From Alphaproteobacteria bacterium (lineage in GTDB: Bacteria; Pseudomonadota; Alphaproteobacteria; Caedimonadales; UBA9215): 64,000 nt of DNA. A program made the translations under genes and the position numbers. The notes under the pieces are model-generated. The model had not been told where the DNA came from, made no database searches, and saw only the letters and a list, made by a program, of their open reading frames with translations. The stretch covers positions 25,495-89,494 of the forward strand of contig JAACSN010000005.1 of assembly GCA_009993885.1 (NCBI GenBank), read 5' to 3'. Positions within the stretch are counted from its first letter, which is position 1; each line of letters begins with the position of its first letter. Positions 29,204 to 40,799 of this stretch are shown piece after piece.

Positions 29204-30160
29204 TTAATCTAAAAGCACATCTTCTTCTTTGAGATCCAATTGCTCGAGGAACTCACGCCATTCTCTCTCTGTCATTCCTTTTTCAGTTGAGGAAATTTTT
29301 TGACCTTTAACCAACTTTTTCACAATTTCAGCTGCCGGTTGACTCAGGTGCATAGCCTGTTGACGGTACTTCACAAAAGCCTCATAAGAGAGAGGAACCC
29401 ATTTCTTCACAAGCTCGAGCATGGTATTTGCATAAGCTTGAATTTCATATTGCGCATGTGAATCGGCGCGCAAGCTCAAGAAGTGAAAGAGGTTGTGCAG
29501 GTCAACTTTCCAATACCATTCCGTGTAATAATTCATAGTAAGGTTCATCCTTGCCAATTCACGTGTCAGCCCGGAACGTGTCGGATCAAGGACAGTCTCA
29601 TTTGCATCCTCATTGAGCATTTCTTGATAATGCTCGTAACAACGCTCGGAATCACCCCGTAGAATTTCTAAAACACGAGCAGAATCTTTGGCATTTAAGG
29701 TTTCCCCTCGTCCCTGTTTATTAATAGTGGATTGGACTGCCAGTTTCTCGGGCTCGGGGATATAGAATTCCTTACTCAAAATAGAATAACGCGCAGAATA
29801 TTCATTCACATTAGCCGTGCGGTGACGAATCCATTGGCGAGCTATAAAAATAGGAAGCTTCACATGAAATTTAATTTCACACATTTCAAAGGGCGTTGTA
29901 TGACGATGGCGCATAAGGTAATTAATAAGCCCCTTATCTTGGTTCAGCATTTTTGTGCCTTTACCATAGGAAACCCGAGCGGCCTGTGTGACAGCCGCAT
30001 CATTACCCATATAATCAATGACCCTCACAAAACCTTTATCAAGAACGGGAAAGGGCTCATACAACACCTTGTCCAATTCTTGTGACATAGCACGTCTTGT
30101 TTCAAAAACGTCGGCTTGCATCTTGTCCTGTTCCTCTTTTTGTTTAAAGGCCGGTGTCAT
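29204..30160 (-). CDS. thyX: FAD-dependent thymidylate synthase ThyX
   Basis: The ThyX motif [15 protein letters not shown] is present, with QWIRHR just upstream. Length is 318 aa. Confidence 0.9.
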   Translation of the reverse strand: MTPAFKQKEEQDKMQADVFETRRAMSQELDKVLYEPFPVLDKGFVRVIDYMGNDAAVTQAARVSYGKGTKMLNQDKGLINYLMRHRHTTPFEMCEIKFHVKLPIFIARQWIRHRTANVNEYSARYSILSKEFYIPEPEKLAVQSTINKQGRGETLNAKDSARVLEILRGDSERCYEHYQEMLNEDANETVLDPTRSGLTRELARMNLTMNYYTEWYWKVDLHNLFHFLSLRADSHAQYEIQAYANTMLELVKKWVPLSYEAFVKYRQQAMHLSQPAAEIVKKLVKGQKISSTEKGMTEREWREFLEQLDLKEEDVLLD

Positions 30161-30313
30161 GGGGTAATCTCCTTAAAAATTTATCAAAACTCCCCTCTAT
30201 TTATACATATTTTTTCACAAGTCGAAAGTAAATCTTATTCAAAAGAAGGCGTTGAAAAAAGAAAATCTTAAGGCTACATTGGATTCTAGGAAACTCTACA
30301 CTGAGGAAAAAGA

Positions 30314-31285
30314 ATGATAAAAAAACTCTTCATCACCCTTCTAACATCCGGCTTTCTTCTATCACCTTCAACTTACGCAACGACAGGAGAAACAGAGATG
30401 ACCTTTCGGATTACACCTTATGAAAGCGTTTTAAATGAAGATATTCAACGGGGAGATAAAAATTCCGAAGCCTTCAAAAAGTTAAAAAAAGACTGGGGGC
30501 GCTCTTCTCCGATTCCTCTTTACCGCCTTAAACTGGTAACGTTTTCCTACGTTGATTTCAAAGGGAAACAGCACCAAAACGGTGAATGCGTTGTTATGGA
30601 TGCGGTTGCCCCACGCGTTTTACAGATCTTTAAAGAACTTTATAAACGTCAATTCCCGATCCACCAAGCCAAACGCATAGAATTCTTTGAAGGGAATGAC
30701 GATAAATCCATGAATGCTAATAATAGCTCTTCTTATAATGCCCGTACGATTACCGGCGCTTCAAGTAATCTGTCCATGCATGCTTATGGCCTTGCCGTTG
30801 ATATTAATCCCGTACAAAATCCCTTCCACAGCTTTGAAAATGATGCAGCAGAAAAACAAGGTATTCGCCGGACAAAACCCGCTGCCGGAAGCAATCAATA
30901 TATCAATCGCCGGCGTGCTCAAAATGACAAACTACCGGGCTTAGCTGAAGATATCATTGATATATTTGATAAAAACGGCTTTAACACTTGGGGCGGTGAC
31001 TGGAATGTCCCCATTGACTGGCAACACTTTCAAACCTCAAGAGCTCTCGCAAATCTCCTAAGCGTCATGAGCCCTCAAGATGCAGAAATCTTTTTTGAAA
31101 TGCATGCGGAAACACCTGCTCTAATGAGCTCTTTTCCTGCGAAAGAAACACTCCTCACAGAACTTTATCAAGAAAACCCTGAAAAATTTATGGCTATATT
31201 TGTGACAAACCCAAACCTTTTCGCTATGTCTGACTCGGCTCTTGCAATACAATCCGTAAAAGAAGAATGGAAAAAAACGACATAG
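30314..31285 (+). CDS. M15-family peptidoglycan metallopeptidase with signal peptide
   Basis: The signal peptide is MIKKLFITLLTSGFLLSPSTYA. The zinc ligand pattern is SMHAYGLAVDINP ... WGGDWNVPIDWQHFQ. Confidence 0.7.
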   Translation: MIKKLFITLLTSGFLLSPSTYATTGETEMTFRITPYESVLNEDIQRGDKNSEAFKKLKKDWGRSSPIPLYRLKLVTFSYVDFKGKQHQNGECVVMDAVAPRVLQIFKELYKRQFPIHQAKRIEFFEGNDDKSMNANNSSSYNARTITGASSNLSMHAYGLAVDINPVQNPFHSFENDAAEKQGIRRTKPAAGSNQYINRRRAQNDKLPGLAEDIIDIFDKNGFNTWGGDWNVPIDWQHFQTSRALANLLSVMSPQDAEIFFEMHAETPALMSSFPAKETLLTELYQENPEKFMAIFVTNPNLFAMSDSALAIQSVKEEWKKTT

Positions 31286-31288
31286 GAA

Positions 31289-32236
31289 CTAAAAACTTAG
31301 GCCTCTTTGACGACGACGGTATAAAAGTGCCGTCGCACGAGGCAAGAGCACATCGCCGCGTAAATAGGTAACAAGAAGAAGCACACCTGCCATAAAAGGA
31401 GAGAGGACCTCGGCTTTCAACCAATTAGTTACAGCTATCTTTTGAAGTTTATTCAAAAAATCAGAGAACTTAAAGCCTTTTTGCAGAGTCGGTTCCGGTG
31501 TTTTAGGAGGTAAACAGACCTTAGAAAGCCTCGGGTATGCGGGCGATACGCCTTTATCAACCCTTATATCACTTTCGGCGATCCCCTTAAATGCGTTAAC
31601 CTTTGATGAGGGAAAAGCAGAAACAAAAGCAAAAGAGTCAAAGCTCATCCCCCCAAACATATTTCTATTTTCTTGGATGCCGTCCCCTCCTGAAGGAGAG
31701 GAAGGAAAAGAAAGTGCGTCCAACGGATCATCGTTTTCTTGTTCGACCCGATTGCAGCTCTCTTTAAAGTTAATTTGCGCCTCTTCTCCTATTGAAAAAG
31801 AGGTCAACAAAGTTGCCCTTGGTCTCATTTGAATAGGATCTTTATAAACCGGTGTTTCTCTTAAAACGGGCTCTTCTCTTTGCGTCCTTTGCTCTGCCTC
31901 CTGAGCGAGCGTTTGGGGTTCAAAGCCACAAACAACTTCTCCTAAATTATTAGCAACCAATTGCATTATGGATTCAAAACGGTTTTGCAAAACGCTATCA
32001 GCCTCGGGATGCAAACGTATCGTCCAATTGAGAGATGAAACGGTAGGCTCGATCTCCCGGGCAATTTGAATATTTGATTGCGATAAGTCAACCCTGACTG
32101 TGCAAAATAGTTTCATGGCTTCCAGCTCTATGAAGGGCTCGGCCATAGCAGCATGGGGCAAACTTGCTGTTCCGGTCATCGGGACGGCTAGCAGAGCGCC
32201 GGTGACAAGACCGAAAGATAAAGAGCGTTTTTTCAT
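31289..32236 (-). CDS. Hypothetical secreted/anchored protein (315 aa)
   Basis: It has a signal peptide (MKKRSLSFGLVTGALLAVPMTGTA) and a C-terminal hydrophobic segment (LSPFMAGVLLLVTYL) followed by a basic tail. I recognise no domain. Confidence 0.5.
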   Translation of the reverse strand: MKKRSLSFGLVTGALLAVPMTGTASLPHAAMAEPFIELEAMKLFCTVRVDLSQSNIQIAREIEPTVSSLNWTIRLHPEADSVLQNRFESIMQLVANNLGEVVCGFEPQTLAQEAEQRTQREEPVLRETPVYKDPIQMRPRATLLTSFSIGEEAQINFKESCNRVEQENDDPLDALSFPSSPSGGDGIQENRNMFGGMSFDSFAFVSAFPSSKVNAFKGIAESDIRVDKGVSPAYPRLSKVCLPPKTPEPTLQKGFKFSDFLNKLQKIAVTNWLKAEVLSPFMAGVLLLVTYLRGDVLLPRATALLYRRRQRGLSF

Positions 32237-32341
32237 GATGACAACCTCCGTATGAATGACAAAAACACGCTAGAGGAAAAAAAGAGAGGTGTATAGGGTA
32301 AAAAAAAATGCTAAAAATTACAGATAGACGGTTAAGCTTTA

Positions 32342-33232
32342 GTGACTCTAATGAAACATCCTTTTGTAAAAATGCACGGCCTTGGAAATGACTTTGTGAT
32401 CTTGGATCATCGCGAAGAAGAGTTTTCATTAACACCGGAGAAAATTCAACTTCTGGCAAATCGTCGTTTCGGTATCGGTTGTGACCAGTTGATCGTGCTT
32501 GAACCTTCTTTTCATCCTAGGGCGGACGTTTTTATGCGCATTTATAACCCCGACGGCAAAGAAGCCGGCGCTTGCGGTAATGCGACACGCTGCCTTGGCT
32601 CTTTGTTATCCGACGAATTCAAACGACCTTCTTGTACCGTTGAAACCGTCTCAGGGCTCCTCACCACGACAAAACTTTCCGATGACTTAATCCAAGTCAA
32701 CATGGGAGAACCTCGTTTAGCTTGGCAAGATATCCCCCTTGCAAAAGAATGCGATACCTTGCACCTCCCCATTCAACGCGGGGTTCTGTCGGATCCTGTA
32801 GCCGTTTCCATGGGCAATCCCCATATGGTCTTTTTTGTCCGAGATGTTCAGGGCATCGATGTCTATAATTTAGGAAAGCAACTAACTGCTCACGAACTCT
32901 ATCCCGAACAAGCTAACGTAGAATTTGTTGAAGTTATCGATAGAGAAACCCTTCGGGTGCGAGTCTATGAGAGAGGAACCGGCGTTACCATGGCATGTGG
33001 CACAGGAGCCAGTGCGGCCGTTGTTGCCGCAACACACCGCGGACTCATTGATAATCACGCAACGGTGATTCTTGATGGCGGAAAGCTTGACATTGTTTAT
33101 GAAAAAACGGTAATGATAACAGGTCCCGTCGGCTATGCTTTTGAGGGCAGTTTTACCAATCGATTATTTGAGAGCTCATGTCAAACGCAACCAACTCCCC
33201 AAACACCCCCTCTTCAAAGAACCGCTCTGTAA
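32342..33232 (+). CDS. dapF: Diaminopimelate epimerase
   Basis: The sequences VKMHGLGNDFVILD and GNATRC are followed later by the second active-site Cys region, MACGTGASA. A C-terminal extension rich in Gln, Thr and Pro overlaps mtaB. Confidence 0.92.
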   Translation: MTLMKHPFVKMHGLGNDFVILDHREEEFSLTPEKIQLLANRRFGIGCDQLIVLEPSFHPRADVFMRIYNPDGKEAGACGNATRCLGSLLSDEFKRPSCTVETVSGLLTTTKLSDDLIQVNMGEPRLAWQDIPLAKECDTLHLPIQRGVLSDPVAVSMGNPHMVFFVRDVQGIDVYNLGKQLTAHELYPEQANVEFVEVIDRETLRVRVYERGTGVTMACGTGASAAVVAATHRGLIDNHATVILDGGKLDIVYEKTVMITGPVGYAFEGSFTNRLFESSCQTQPTPQTPPLQRTAL

Positions 33233-34509
33233 ACAAAAGCAGCATAGAGGTTGTGACACTTGGATGTCGCTTGAATACCTATGAATCGGAAGTGATGCGT
33301 GATCACGCGCAAAGCAACGGTCTCGAGAACACAATTATCATCAACACATGCGCCGTGACAAATGAGGCGGAGCGCTCTTCCCGTCAATCTATCCGAAAGG
33401 CTAAAAAAGCCAACCCTACGGCTAAAATTATTGTGACAGGCTGCAGTGCACAAATTAATCCCGGCATGTATAAAGAGATGCCTGAAGTTGACCTTGTCCT
33501 CGGTAATCAAGAAAAAATGCTTCGAGAAAGCTTTGTCTTTGATAAGATGTCTATGCACAAAGAAGCCACCGTGCGTGTCAATAATATCATGGAAATTGAA
33601 GAAACAGCGCACCACCTTATTTCAGGTTTTGAAAATCAAGTGCGCGCCTTTATCCAGATTCAAAACGGATGCGATCACCGCTGCACCTTCTGCACCATTC
33701 CCTACGGACGCGGCAACAATCGTAGTGTTCCCATGGGTGAAATCCTTCTACAAGTGAAAAAGCTTGTTGCAAACGGCTGCAAAGAAGTTGTGTTTACGGG
33801 TGTTGATATTACCGGCTACGGCAGTAATTTACCCGGCAACCCGAGTCTTGGGCAAATGACAAAACGTATTCTGGCTCAAGTTCCCGAACTCAAGCGCCTT
33901 CGCCTTTCCAGTGTCGATCCCGTTGAAATCGACAATGATCTTTTTCTACTTATCCAAAACGAACCCCGCCTAATGCCCCATATGCATATCAGTCTTCAAG
34001 CCGGAGACGATATGATCTTAAAACGCATGAAACGTCGCCACTTACGTCAAGATGCCCTTGATTTTTGCGCAAAGGTTCGAGACCTTCGCCCCGATGTCGT
34101 TTTTGGCGCCGATATCATTGCAGGCTTTCCAACGGAAACAGACGAGATGTTTGAAAATACTCTCAACCTTGTACGGGATTGCAACCTAACGTACCTCCAT
34201 ATCTTCCCCTACTCTGCCCGTAAAGGCACACCTGCCGCCCGCATGCCTCAAGTTCCCATGCCCCTTCGAAAAGAACGTGCAGCCAAATTACGCCAAGTCG
34301 GCAAAGATCAAACACACGCTTTTTTTGCTTCGAGAGTCGGAACAAAAGCCTCTATACTCGTTGAAGTTCAGGGTAAAGGCCATACGGAACATTTTGCCCC
34401 CGTAACCCTAGAGGATAATAGAGGTGAAAGTCTTAATGCAAAGCTGGTTGAAGCCGTCATCACCGGATATAATGAGACCGGCTTAACCGCTAAATTAATC
34501 AAAAGTTAG
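33178..34509 (+). CDS. mtaB: tRNA (t6A37) methylthiotransferase MtaB (MiaB-like radical SAM enzyme)
   Basis: It has the UPF0004 N-domain (VVTLGCRLNTYESE), the radical SAM motif CDHRCTFCTIPYGRG and a TRAM-like C-terminus. The dapF-mtaB-ftsY order is conserved. The exact start is uncertain. Confidence 0.85.
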   Translation: MSNATNSPNTPSSKNRSVNKSSIEVVTLGCRLNTYESEVMRDHAQSNGLENTIIINTCAVTNEAERSSRQSIRKAKKANPTAKIIVTGCSAQINPGMYKEMPEVDLVLGNQEKMLRESFVFDKMSMHKEATVRVNNIMEIEETAHHLISGFENQVRAFIQIQNGCDHRCTFCTIPYGRGNNRSVPMGEILLQVKKLVANGCKEVVFTGVDITGYGSNLPGNPSLGQMTKRILAQVPELKRLRLSSVDPVEIDNDLFLLIQNEPRLMPHMHISLQAGDDMILKRMKRRHLRQDALDFCAKVRDLRPDVVFGADIIAGFPTETDEMFENTLNLVRDCNLTYLHIFPYSARKGTPAARMPQVPMPLRKERAAKLRQVGKDQTHAFFASRVGTKASILVEVQGKGHTEHFAPVTLEDNRGESLNAKLVEAVITGYNETGLTAKLIKS

Positions 34510-34517
34510 ACAGTAAC

Positions 34518-35453
34518 ATGACAGACGACAAAAACGAAAAAAAAGGCTGGTTTTCAAAGCTCAAAGACGGTCTTAAAAAATCATCTTCCAAACTAACGGA
34601 AGGCATTTCGGCTATCGTTACCAAACGTAAACTGGATGAGGACATGTTAGAAGAGCTGGAAGAGCTCTTGATTACCGCCGATATCGGTGTTGAAACAGCA
34701 AGTTCTTTAACGGCCGAGCTTTCTAAAAGCCGCTTTAACCAAGAAATTTCCCCCGAGGACGTCAAAGAGTTCTTCGCCACGGAAATCGCAAAAAAAATAG
34801 AACCCGTCGCGCAAGAATTAACCGTTGATTCTTCTAAGCATCCCTTTGTCCTTATGGTTGTCGGCGTCAATGGCGGTGGCAAAACCACAACAATCGGCAA
34901 GCTTTCTAATTATTGGGCAAAACAAGGCCTCAAAGTCCGTGTTGTTGCCGGAGATACCTTTCGCGCTGCTGCCGTTGCTCAACTGGAAACTTGGACGAAT
35001 CGCGCCAATGTACCTTTGATTAAAGGCACTGAACAAGGGGATGCCGCCGGTCTTGTTTACAGCGGCCTTGAGATTTCAAAGAGCAAAGGAGACGATATCC
35101 TTATTATTGACACGGCAGGTCGTCTTCAAAATAAAGGACACCTTATGGAAGAACTCTCTAAAATTGAGCGTGTTATCAAAAAAATTGACCCCGAAGCGCC
35201 CCATGCTTGCGTCCTCGTGCTGGATGCCACAACAGGTCAAAATGCCCACTCACAGGTTGAACTCTTCAAGAAAACCGTTAACCTCACAGGCCTTGTGCTT
35301 ACAAAATTAGACGGTACGGCCAAAGGCGGTGTTCTCGTAAGCTTAGCTCAAAAACACGCTCTTCCCGTCCATGCCGTTGGTGTGGGCGAAGGTATCGACG
35401 ACCTACGTCCCTTTAACCCCCACGACTTTGCCAAGGGGCTTTTGGGGATTTAG
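34518..35453 (+). CDS. ftsY: Signal recognition particle receptor FtsY
   Basis: The SRP GTPase motifs are present: GVNGGGKTTTIGKL, DTAGRL, TKLDGTAKGG. Confidence 0.95.
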   Translation: MTDDKNEKKGWFSKLKDGLKKSSSKLTEGISAIVTKRKLDEDMLEELEELLITADIGVETASSLTAELSKSRFNQEISPEDVKEFFATEIAKKIEPVAQELTVDSSKHPFVLMVVGVNGGGKTTTIGKLSNYWAKQGLKVRVVAGDTFRAAAVAQLETWTNRANVPLIKGTEQGDAAGLVYSGLEISKSKGDDILIIDTAGRLQNKGHLMEELSKIERVIKKIDPEAPHACVLVLDATTGQNAHSQVELFKKTVNLTGLVLTKLDGTAKGGVLVSLAQKHALPVHAVGVGEGIDDLRPFNPHDFAKGLLGI

Positions 35454-35477
35454 CGTCTAAAAAAATATAAAATAACA

Positions 35478-35506
35478 TTGAGGGATTTTAAAACACCTCC
35501 TATAAT
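35478..35506 (+). promoter_or_regulatory. Sigma-70-type promoter candidate for hisS
   Basis: TTGAGG (35478-35483), a 17-nt spacer, then TATAAT (35501-35506), about 30 nt upstream of the hisS ATG. Confidence 0.5.
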
Positions 35507-35536
35507 ATCTTATTCTTATTTTTTAATGAAAGCCAC

Positions 35537-36811
35537 TTGTCCATGTCTTCTGCCTTAAAGTCAAGCGAATCAAAAGCACAGCCCGTTCGTGGAACGCGCG
35601 ATCTTCTTGGCGAGGAAAAGCGCCGACAGTCTTATGTGACGGCTCAAGCTCAACAAGCCTCGGCTCTTTTTGGCTGTGAAGAAATTGAAACCCCTTTATT
35701 TGAGGAGACGGGCGTCTTTTATCGTTTGGGGGAAAGCTCTGATATTGTAACAAAAGAGACCTATACCTTTGAAGACCGGGGCGGCAGCTCTTTGACTCTG
35801 CGCCCGGAAGGAACGGCCCCCGTCGCTCGGGCCTTGATTTCAAACGGTTTGACCCAAACTTTACCTGCAAAGTTCTTTTATGCAGGGCCCATGTTTCGCT
35901 ATGAACGGCCTCAAAAAGGACGCTATCGCCAGTTTACGCAAGTCGGCGTCGAAATCTTTGGCCTTAATTCCTATCATGGCGACATCGAAACCATTCAAAT
36001 TGCTGAGAATTTCTTAGAACGCTTGGGGTTACGGGCTCAAGTCAGCCTTGAACTCAATAGCTTGGGGGATGCGGCTAGCCGAGAAGCGTACCGTGAAAAA
36101 TTAGTAACTTATTTCACCCGCTATCAAAATGATCTGTCGGAAGACAGCCGACATCGCCTTAAGCAAAACCCTTTGCGTATCCTCGATTCCAAGGATGAAG
36201 GAGATCGCAAACTTCTCAAGGACGCCCCTCTTTATGGAGATTCTCTAACTGTTGAAGCCCGAAGCTTTTTTGATCAAGTCCTAAAAACCCTCGAAAACCT
36301 TGGCATTCAATACCGCCATAATCCTTACTTAGTACGAGGCCTTGATTATTACTGCCATACGGCCTTTGAGTACGTCTCAACGGACTTAGGCGCTCAAGGA
36401 ACGGTTCTTGCGGGCGGACGCTATGACGGCCTTGTAAAAAACCTCGGCGGCCCCGAGGTATCCGGTGTCGGATGGGCAGCGGGCGTTGACCGTTTAGCGC
36501 TCTTACTCAAAGGAGATTTTACCGCTCCTCGCCCCGTTGTTATTCTCCCCATGGGAGACGCGGCCGAAGCCAAAAGTTTTGAGATTGCCAACCTATTGCG
36601 CGCTCAAAATACTGTGACGGAAATCCTTTATGGGGGGAACATCGGCAAACGCCTTAAGAAAGCAACAAAAGCAAATGCTCATACGGCCTTAATTATCGGA
36701 GACGATGACTTAGCGCAAAACCAAGCTCAAGTTCGGATTTTAGACCGAGGTACAGAAGAGGCGGTTGCTTTTGACAAGCTGGCCGCGTATATAAAAGACA
36801 TAACATCCTAA
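35537..36811 (+). CDS. hisS: Histidine--tRNA ligase
   Basis: The class II motifs are present: [40 protein letters not shown]. Confidence 0.95.
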   Translation: MSMSSALKSSESKAQPVRGTRDLLGEEKRRQSYVTAQAQQASALFGCEEIETPLFEETGVFYRLGESSDIVTKETYTFEDRGGSSLTLRPEGTAPVARALISNGLTQTLPAKFFYAGPMFRYERPQKGRYRQFTQVGVEIFGLNSYHGDIETIQIAENFLERLGLRAQVSLELNSLGDAASREAYREKLVTYFTRYQNDLSEDSRHRLKQNPLRILDSKDEGDRKLLKDAPLYGDSLTVEARSFFDQVLKTLENLGIQYRHNPYLVRGLDYYCHTAFEYVSTDLGAQGTVLAGGRYDGLVKNLGGPEVSGVGWAAGVDRLALLLKGDFTAPRPVVILPMGDAAEAKSFEIANLLRAQNTVTEILYGGNIGKRLKKATKANAHTALIIGDDDLAQNQAQVRILDRGTEEAVAFDKLAAYIKDITS

Positions 36812-36824
36812 GAAAGAAAAGCGC

Positions 36825-37904
36825 GTGAGCAGTTTCAAAAATACATTAACACAAGTCCTTAAACAACATACCGAGATCTCTAAAAAGCTTTCCGGCGGTG
36901 TGGACGATTCTAAAGAATTTGTGCGCCTTTCTAAAGAATATGCCGAACTTGAACCCGTCGCCGTAGCCATTCAAGCCCTTAAAACAGCCGAGTCCGAGCT
37001 TGAAGGAGCCACTGAGATGCTTAAAGAAGCAGGCGCTGATGCGGACATGAAAGAAATGGCCGAACACGAAGTTATGACCCTTAAAAAGCTGATTCCGAAT
37101 CTTGAACATCAAGTGCAAGTCCTTCTTTTGCCAAAAGATAAAGACGATCAACGTAATGCGATCCTTGAAGTCCGAGCCGGAACGGGAGGCGATGAAGCCG
37201 CCTTATTTGCGGCCGATCTTTTACGCATGTACCAACGGTTTGCGGAAACCCAAGGTTGGAAAGTTGAAATTCTTGATATGAATAGCACGGGCATTGGCGG
37301 CCTTAAAGAAGTAAGTGCCACAATTTCCGGAAAAGGCGTTTTTTCGAAACTAAAATTTGAATCGGGCGTACACCGTGTACAGCGTGTTCCCGATACGGAA
37401 TCAAGCGGGCGCATCCATACATCGGCTGCAACCGTTGCCGTTCTCCCGGAAGTTGAAGAAGTTGACATTCAAATTGAAGATAAAGATCTTCGCATCGATG
37501 TTTTCCGCTCCAGCGGCCCCGGGGGACAATCGGTTAACACAACGGACAGTGCCGTTCGCATTACCCACATCCCGACGGGCTTAGTTGTCTCGCAACAAGA
37601 TGAAAAATCCCAACATAAAAACAAAGCTAAAGGCATGAAAGTCCTGCGTGCCCGTCTTTATGACCTTGAACGACAAAAAAAGGAAGCTGCTCGTGCCAAA
37701 GATCGCCAAAGTCAAATCGGTTCGGGGGATCGATCCGAACGCATTCGCACCTATAATTTCCCCCAAGGTCGCGTTACCGATCACCGCATTAATCTTACCC
37801 TGTATAAACTTGATCAAGTCCTTGCCGGCGAAGCCTTAATAGAGCTGATTGAGGCTCTAACCTCAGCTGATCAAGCCGATAAACTTGCTTCTCTCGGATC
37901 TTAG
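36825..37904 (+). CDS. prfA: Peptide chain release factor 1
   Basis: It has the GGQ motif ([23 protein letters not shown]) and the PAT-type tripeptide region (AATVAVLPE). The start is GTG. Confidence 0.95.
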   Translation: MSSFKNTLTQVLKQHTEISKKLSGGVDDSKEFVRLSKEYAELEPVAVAIQALKTAESELEGATEMLKEAGADADMKEMAEHEVMTLKKLIPNLEHQVQVLLLPKDKDDQRNAILEVRAGTGGDEAALFAADLLRMYQRFAETQGWKVEILDMNSTGIGGLKEVSATISGKGVFSKLKFESGVHRVQRVPDTESSGRIHTSAATVAVLPEVEEVDIQIEDKDLRIDVFRSSGPGGQSVNTTDSAVRITHIPTGLVVSQQDEKSQHKNKAKGMKVLRARLYDLERQKKEAARAKDRQSQIGSGDRSERIRTYNFPQGRVTDHRINLTLYKLDQVLAGEALIELIEALTSADQADKLASLGS

Positions 37905-37922
37905 CCCGGAAAGAGAGATCTC

Positions 37923-38771
37923 ATGCCGAGCCTTTACGAGATTTTAAAGACAGCGACCACAGCCCTTAAAAAGGTAGCTGTCTCAAGTCCCGACCTCGAT
38001 GCGCGCCTTCTGTTAGAAGATGTCCTTCAAAAAGATAAAAGTTTTGTCCTGCTGCATCCCCATTACGTCTTAACAGACTCCGAGGAAAAACTTTATGAAA
38101 GTTACGTCAAACGACGTTTACAAAGGGAGCCTGTTTCAAAAATTCTAGGAATAAAAGAATTTTGGAGCCTTTCTTTTAAAACCACGAAAGATACCCTTGA
38201 TCCGCGCCCCGATAGCGAAACCCTTATTGAGGCTGTTTTAGAACAATTCCCTGATACATCAAAACCCTATAAAATTCTTGATCTTGGAACGGGAACAGGC
38301 TGTTTGCTTTTAGCCCTTTTAAGCGAGTATAAAAAGGCAACAGGGATTGGTGTTGATTTCTCGTCAAAAGCCCTGACCGTTGCAACACACAATGCAATAA
38401 GCTTGAATATGGAAACACGCGCAAAATTCCTGCAATCCAATTGGTGTGAGAACCTTAACGGCCGATTTGATATCATCATCTCGAATCCTCCTTATATCCC
38501 CCCGAGCCATGAGAAGACCCTTGAACCCGAATTAAGTTTTGATCCCAAAGAAGCCCTTTACGGAGATTCTTGCGACGGCCTTGAAGCTTACCGCCTCTTG
38601 GGCCTTCAACTTAAAAAACACCTTCCTCCCCAAGGAAAGATTTTTCTTGAGTTCGGTAAAGACCAACACGACGACGTGGAAAAAATTATGACAGCGGCAA
38701 ATTTCTCGCCTATAAAATACTATAAAGACTTAAACCAAATTAGTCGCTGTGGTGTTTTTCATGACCTCTAA
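37923..38771 (+). CDS. prmC: Release-factor glutamine N5-methyltransferase PrmC
   Basis: The SAM-binding site DLGTGTGCL and the catalytic NPPY (IISNPPYI) are present, and the gene lies immediately downstream of prfA. Confidence 0.9.
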   Translation: MPSLYEILKTATTALKKVAVSSPDLDARLLLEDVLQKDKSFVLLHPHYVLTDSEEKLYESYVKRRLQREPVSKILGIKEFWSLSFKTTKDTLDPRPDSETLIEAVLEQFPDTSKPYKILDLGTGTGCLLLALLSEYKKATGIGVDFSSKALTVATHNAISLNMETRAKFLQSNWCENLNGRFDIIISNPPYIPPSHEKTLEPELSFDPKEALYGDSCDGLEAYRLLGLQLKKHLPPQGKIFLEFGKDQHDDVEKIMTAANFSPIKYYKDLNQISRCGVFHDL

Positions 38772-40749
38772 CCCCTTTAAAGTGCATTCGGACTTTCAAC
38801 CGGCAGGCGATCAACCGGCGGCAATCAAAGCTCTCTTAAAAGGCATTCAAGAGGGAGAACGAAATCAGGTTCTCCTTGGCGTAACGGGATCCGGTAAAAC
38901 CTTTACCATGGCTAAAGTCATCGAAAACTTAGGCCGCCCCACCCTGATTTTAGCGCCCAACAAAACACTTGCAGCACAACTTTACTCGGAAATGAAAGAA
39001 TTTTTTCCAAATAACGCCGTTGAGTATTTTGTCTCTTACTATGACTATTATCAACCGGAAGCCTACGTTGCGCGAACAGATACTTATATCGAAAAAGAAA
39101 GCGCTATCAACGAACAAATTGACCGAATGCGTCACAGCGCGACGCGTTCTTTGTTAGAACGCTCCGATGTTATTATCGTTGCCAGTGTTTCATGCATTTA
39201 TGGTATTGGCGACGTTGAATCCTACGCAAAAATGATCCTTGAGCTCAAAAAGGGTCGGGAAATTGAACGGACTGGCCTCATGCGAGACTTGGTTGCTCTT
39301 CAATATAAACGCAATGACATCGGCTTTTCTCGAGGCACTTTTCGAGTTTCAGGGGACACTATAGAAATCTTTCCTTCCCATCTTGAAAACCGAGCATGGC
39401 GTTTGTCTTTCTTTGGAGACGACCTTGATGAAATCCATGAAATAGATCCCTTAACAGGGGCAAAAATACAAAATCTAACAGAGGTAAAACTCTACGCAAA
39501 CAGCCACCACGTCATTCCAAAACCCACTATGGAACAAGCTCTAAAGCAAATTAAAATTGATCTGAAAGCCCGCGTAGCGGAATTCGAAGCTGAGGGAAAA
39601 CTTCTCGAAGCCCAACGCATTAATCAACGGACAACCTTCGATATCGAAATGATGAGTGCCACGGGAATGTGTCCGGGTATTGAAAATTATTCCCGTTATT
39701 TTACAGGGCGCAATGCAGGTGACCCTCCCCCGACCCTTTTTGAATACCTTCCCAAAAATGCCCTCATTGTCATTGATGAAAGTCACGTTGCCGTCCCCCA
39801 GCTTAACGGTATGTATAAAGGCGACGCGGCCCGTAAACGTAACCTGTCGGACTACGGCTTCCGTTTACCGGCTTGTAAGGACAATCGCCCGTTGAAGTTC
39901 GAAGAGTGGGAAGCCATGCGTCCTCAAGCGGTTTTTGTTTCAGCAACGCCCGGCCCTTGGGAGTTAGAGCAAACTCAAGGCATTTTTATCGAGCAGGTCA
40001 TTCGCCCCACGGGCTTGATCGATCCGCCTTGCCTTATCCGACCGACAGAGCATCAAGTAGATGATTTGATCCATGAATGCTTAGAGGCCGCTAAGAAGAA
40101 TCAGCGGGTTCTGGTCACGACTTTAACCAAGAAAACGGCCGAAGCCTTAACGGAGTATTTTGCAGAAGCCGGTATTAAAGCCTCTTATATTCACTCTGAC
40201 GTTGACACCTTAGAACGCATTGAAATCATTCGAGAGTTACGCCTTGGAACTTTTGATGTTTTAATCGGCATTAACCTTCTGCGTGAGGGGCTTGATATTC
40301 CCGAGTGTGCCCTTGTTGCTATTTTAGATGCAGATAAAGAAGGCTATTTGCGCTCAAAAACCTCCCTTATTCAAACCGTCGGGCGGGCGGCTCGTAACGT
40401 TGAAGGGCGCGCTATTTTATATGCGGATAAGATTACTAAATCCATGCAAGGTGCCTTGGATGAAAACGACCGACGTCGTGAAAAACAACAAGCCTATAAT
40501 ATAACCCACGGCATTACACCGGAAAGCATTAAGAAATCTATCGGTGATATTTTAACCGGCGTTTATGAAAAAGACCATGTCACCGTTCCTCGCTATGCGG
40601 CCTCCGAGCTGAGCGGAAAAGAACGGAAAAAACATATGGATAAGCTTAGAAAACAAATGATAGAAGCGGCTACAAACCTAGAGTTTGAGGAAGCTGCCCG
40701 ACTCCGCGATGAAATTCAAGCCCTTGAGACTGAAGAATTGGGCCTTTAG
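38761..40749 (+). CDS. uvrB: Excinuclease ABC subunit B
   Basis: It has [17 protein letters not shown], Walker [16 protein letters not shown] and the C-terminal UVR domain ([12 protein letters not shown]). The ORF track offers 38749; the ATG at 38761 is preferred. Confidence 0.96.
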   Translation: MTSNPFKVHSDFQPAGDQPAAIKALLKGIQEGERNQVLLGVTGSGKTFTMAKVIENLGRPTLILAPNKTLAAQLYSEMKEFFPNNAVEYFVSYYDYYQPEAYVARTDTYIEKESAINEQIDRMRHSATRSLLERSDVIIVASVSCIYGIGDVESYAKMILELKKGREIERTGLMRDLVALQYKRNDIGFSRGTFRVSGDTIEIFPSHLENRAWRLSFFGDDLDEIHEIDPLTGAKIQNLTEVKLYANSHHVIPKPTMEQALKQIKIDLKARVAEFEAEGKLLEAQRINQRTTFDIEMMSATGMCPGIENYSRYFTGRNAGDPPPTLFEYLPKNALIVIDESHVAVPQLNGMYKGDAARKRNLSDYGFRLPACKDNRPLKFEEWEAMRPQAVFVSATPGPWELEQTQGIFIEQVIRPTGLIDPPCLIRPTEHQVDDLIHECLEAAKKNQRVLVTTLTKKTAEALTEYFAEAGIKASYIHSDVDTLERIEIIRELRLGTFDVLIGINLLREGLDIPECALVAILDADKEGYLRSKTSLIQTVGRAARNVEGRAILYADKITKSMQGALDENDRRREKQQAYNITHGITPESIKKSIGDILTGVYEKDHVTVPRYAASELSGKERKKHMDKLRKQMIEAATNLEFEEAARLRDEIQALETEELGL

Positions 40750-40799
40750 AAATAGTTATATACTAAGTAGAAACCTTTTTAAAAATTGACATTGCGCTT

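Noticed and set aside
33214-34900. Antisense ORFs of 133 aa inside mtaB (33214-33615) and ftsY (34499-34900)
   Set aside because: They are fully nested antisense to genes with unambiguous family motifs and have no RBS or domain signal.
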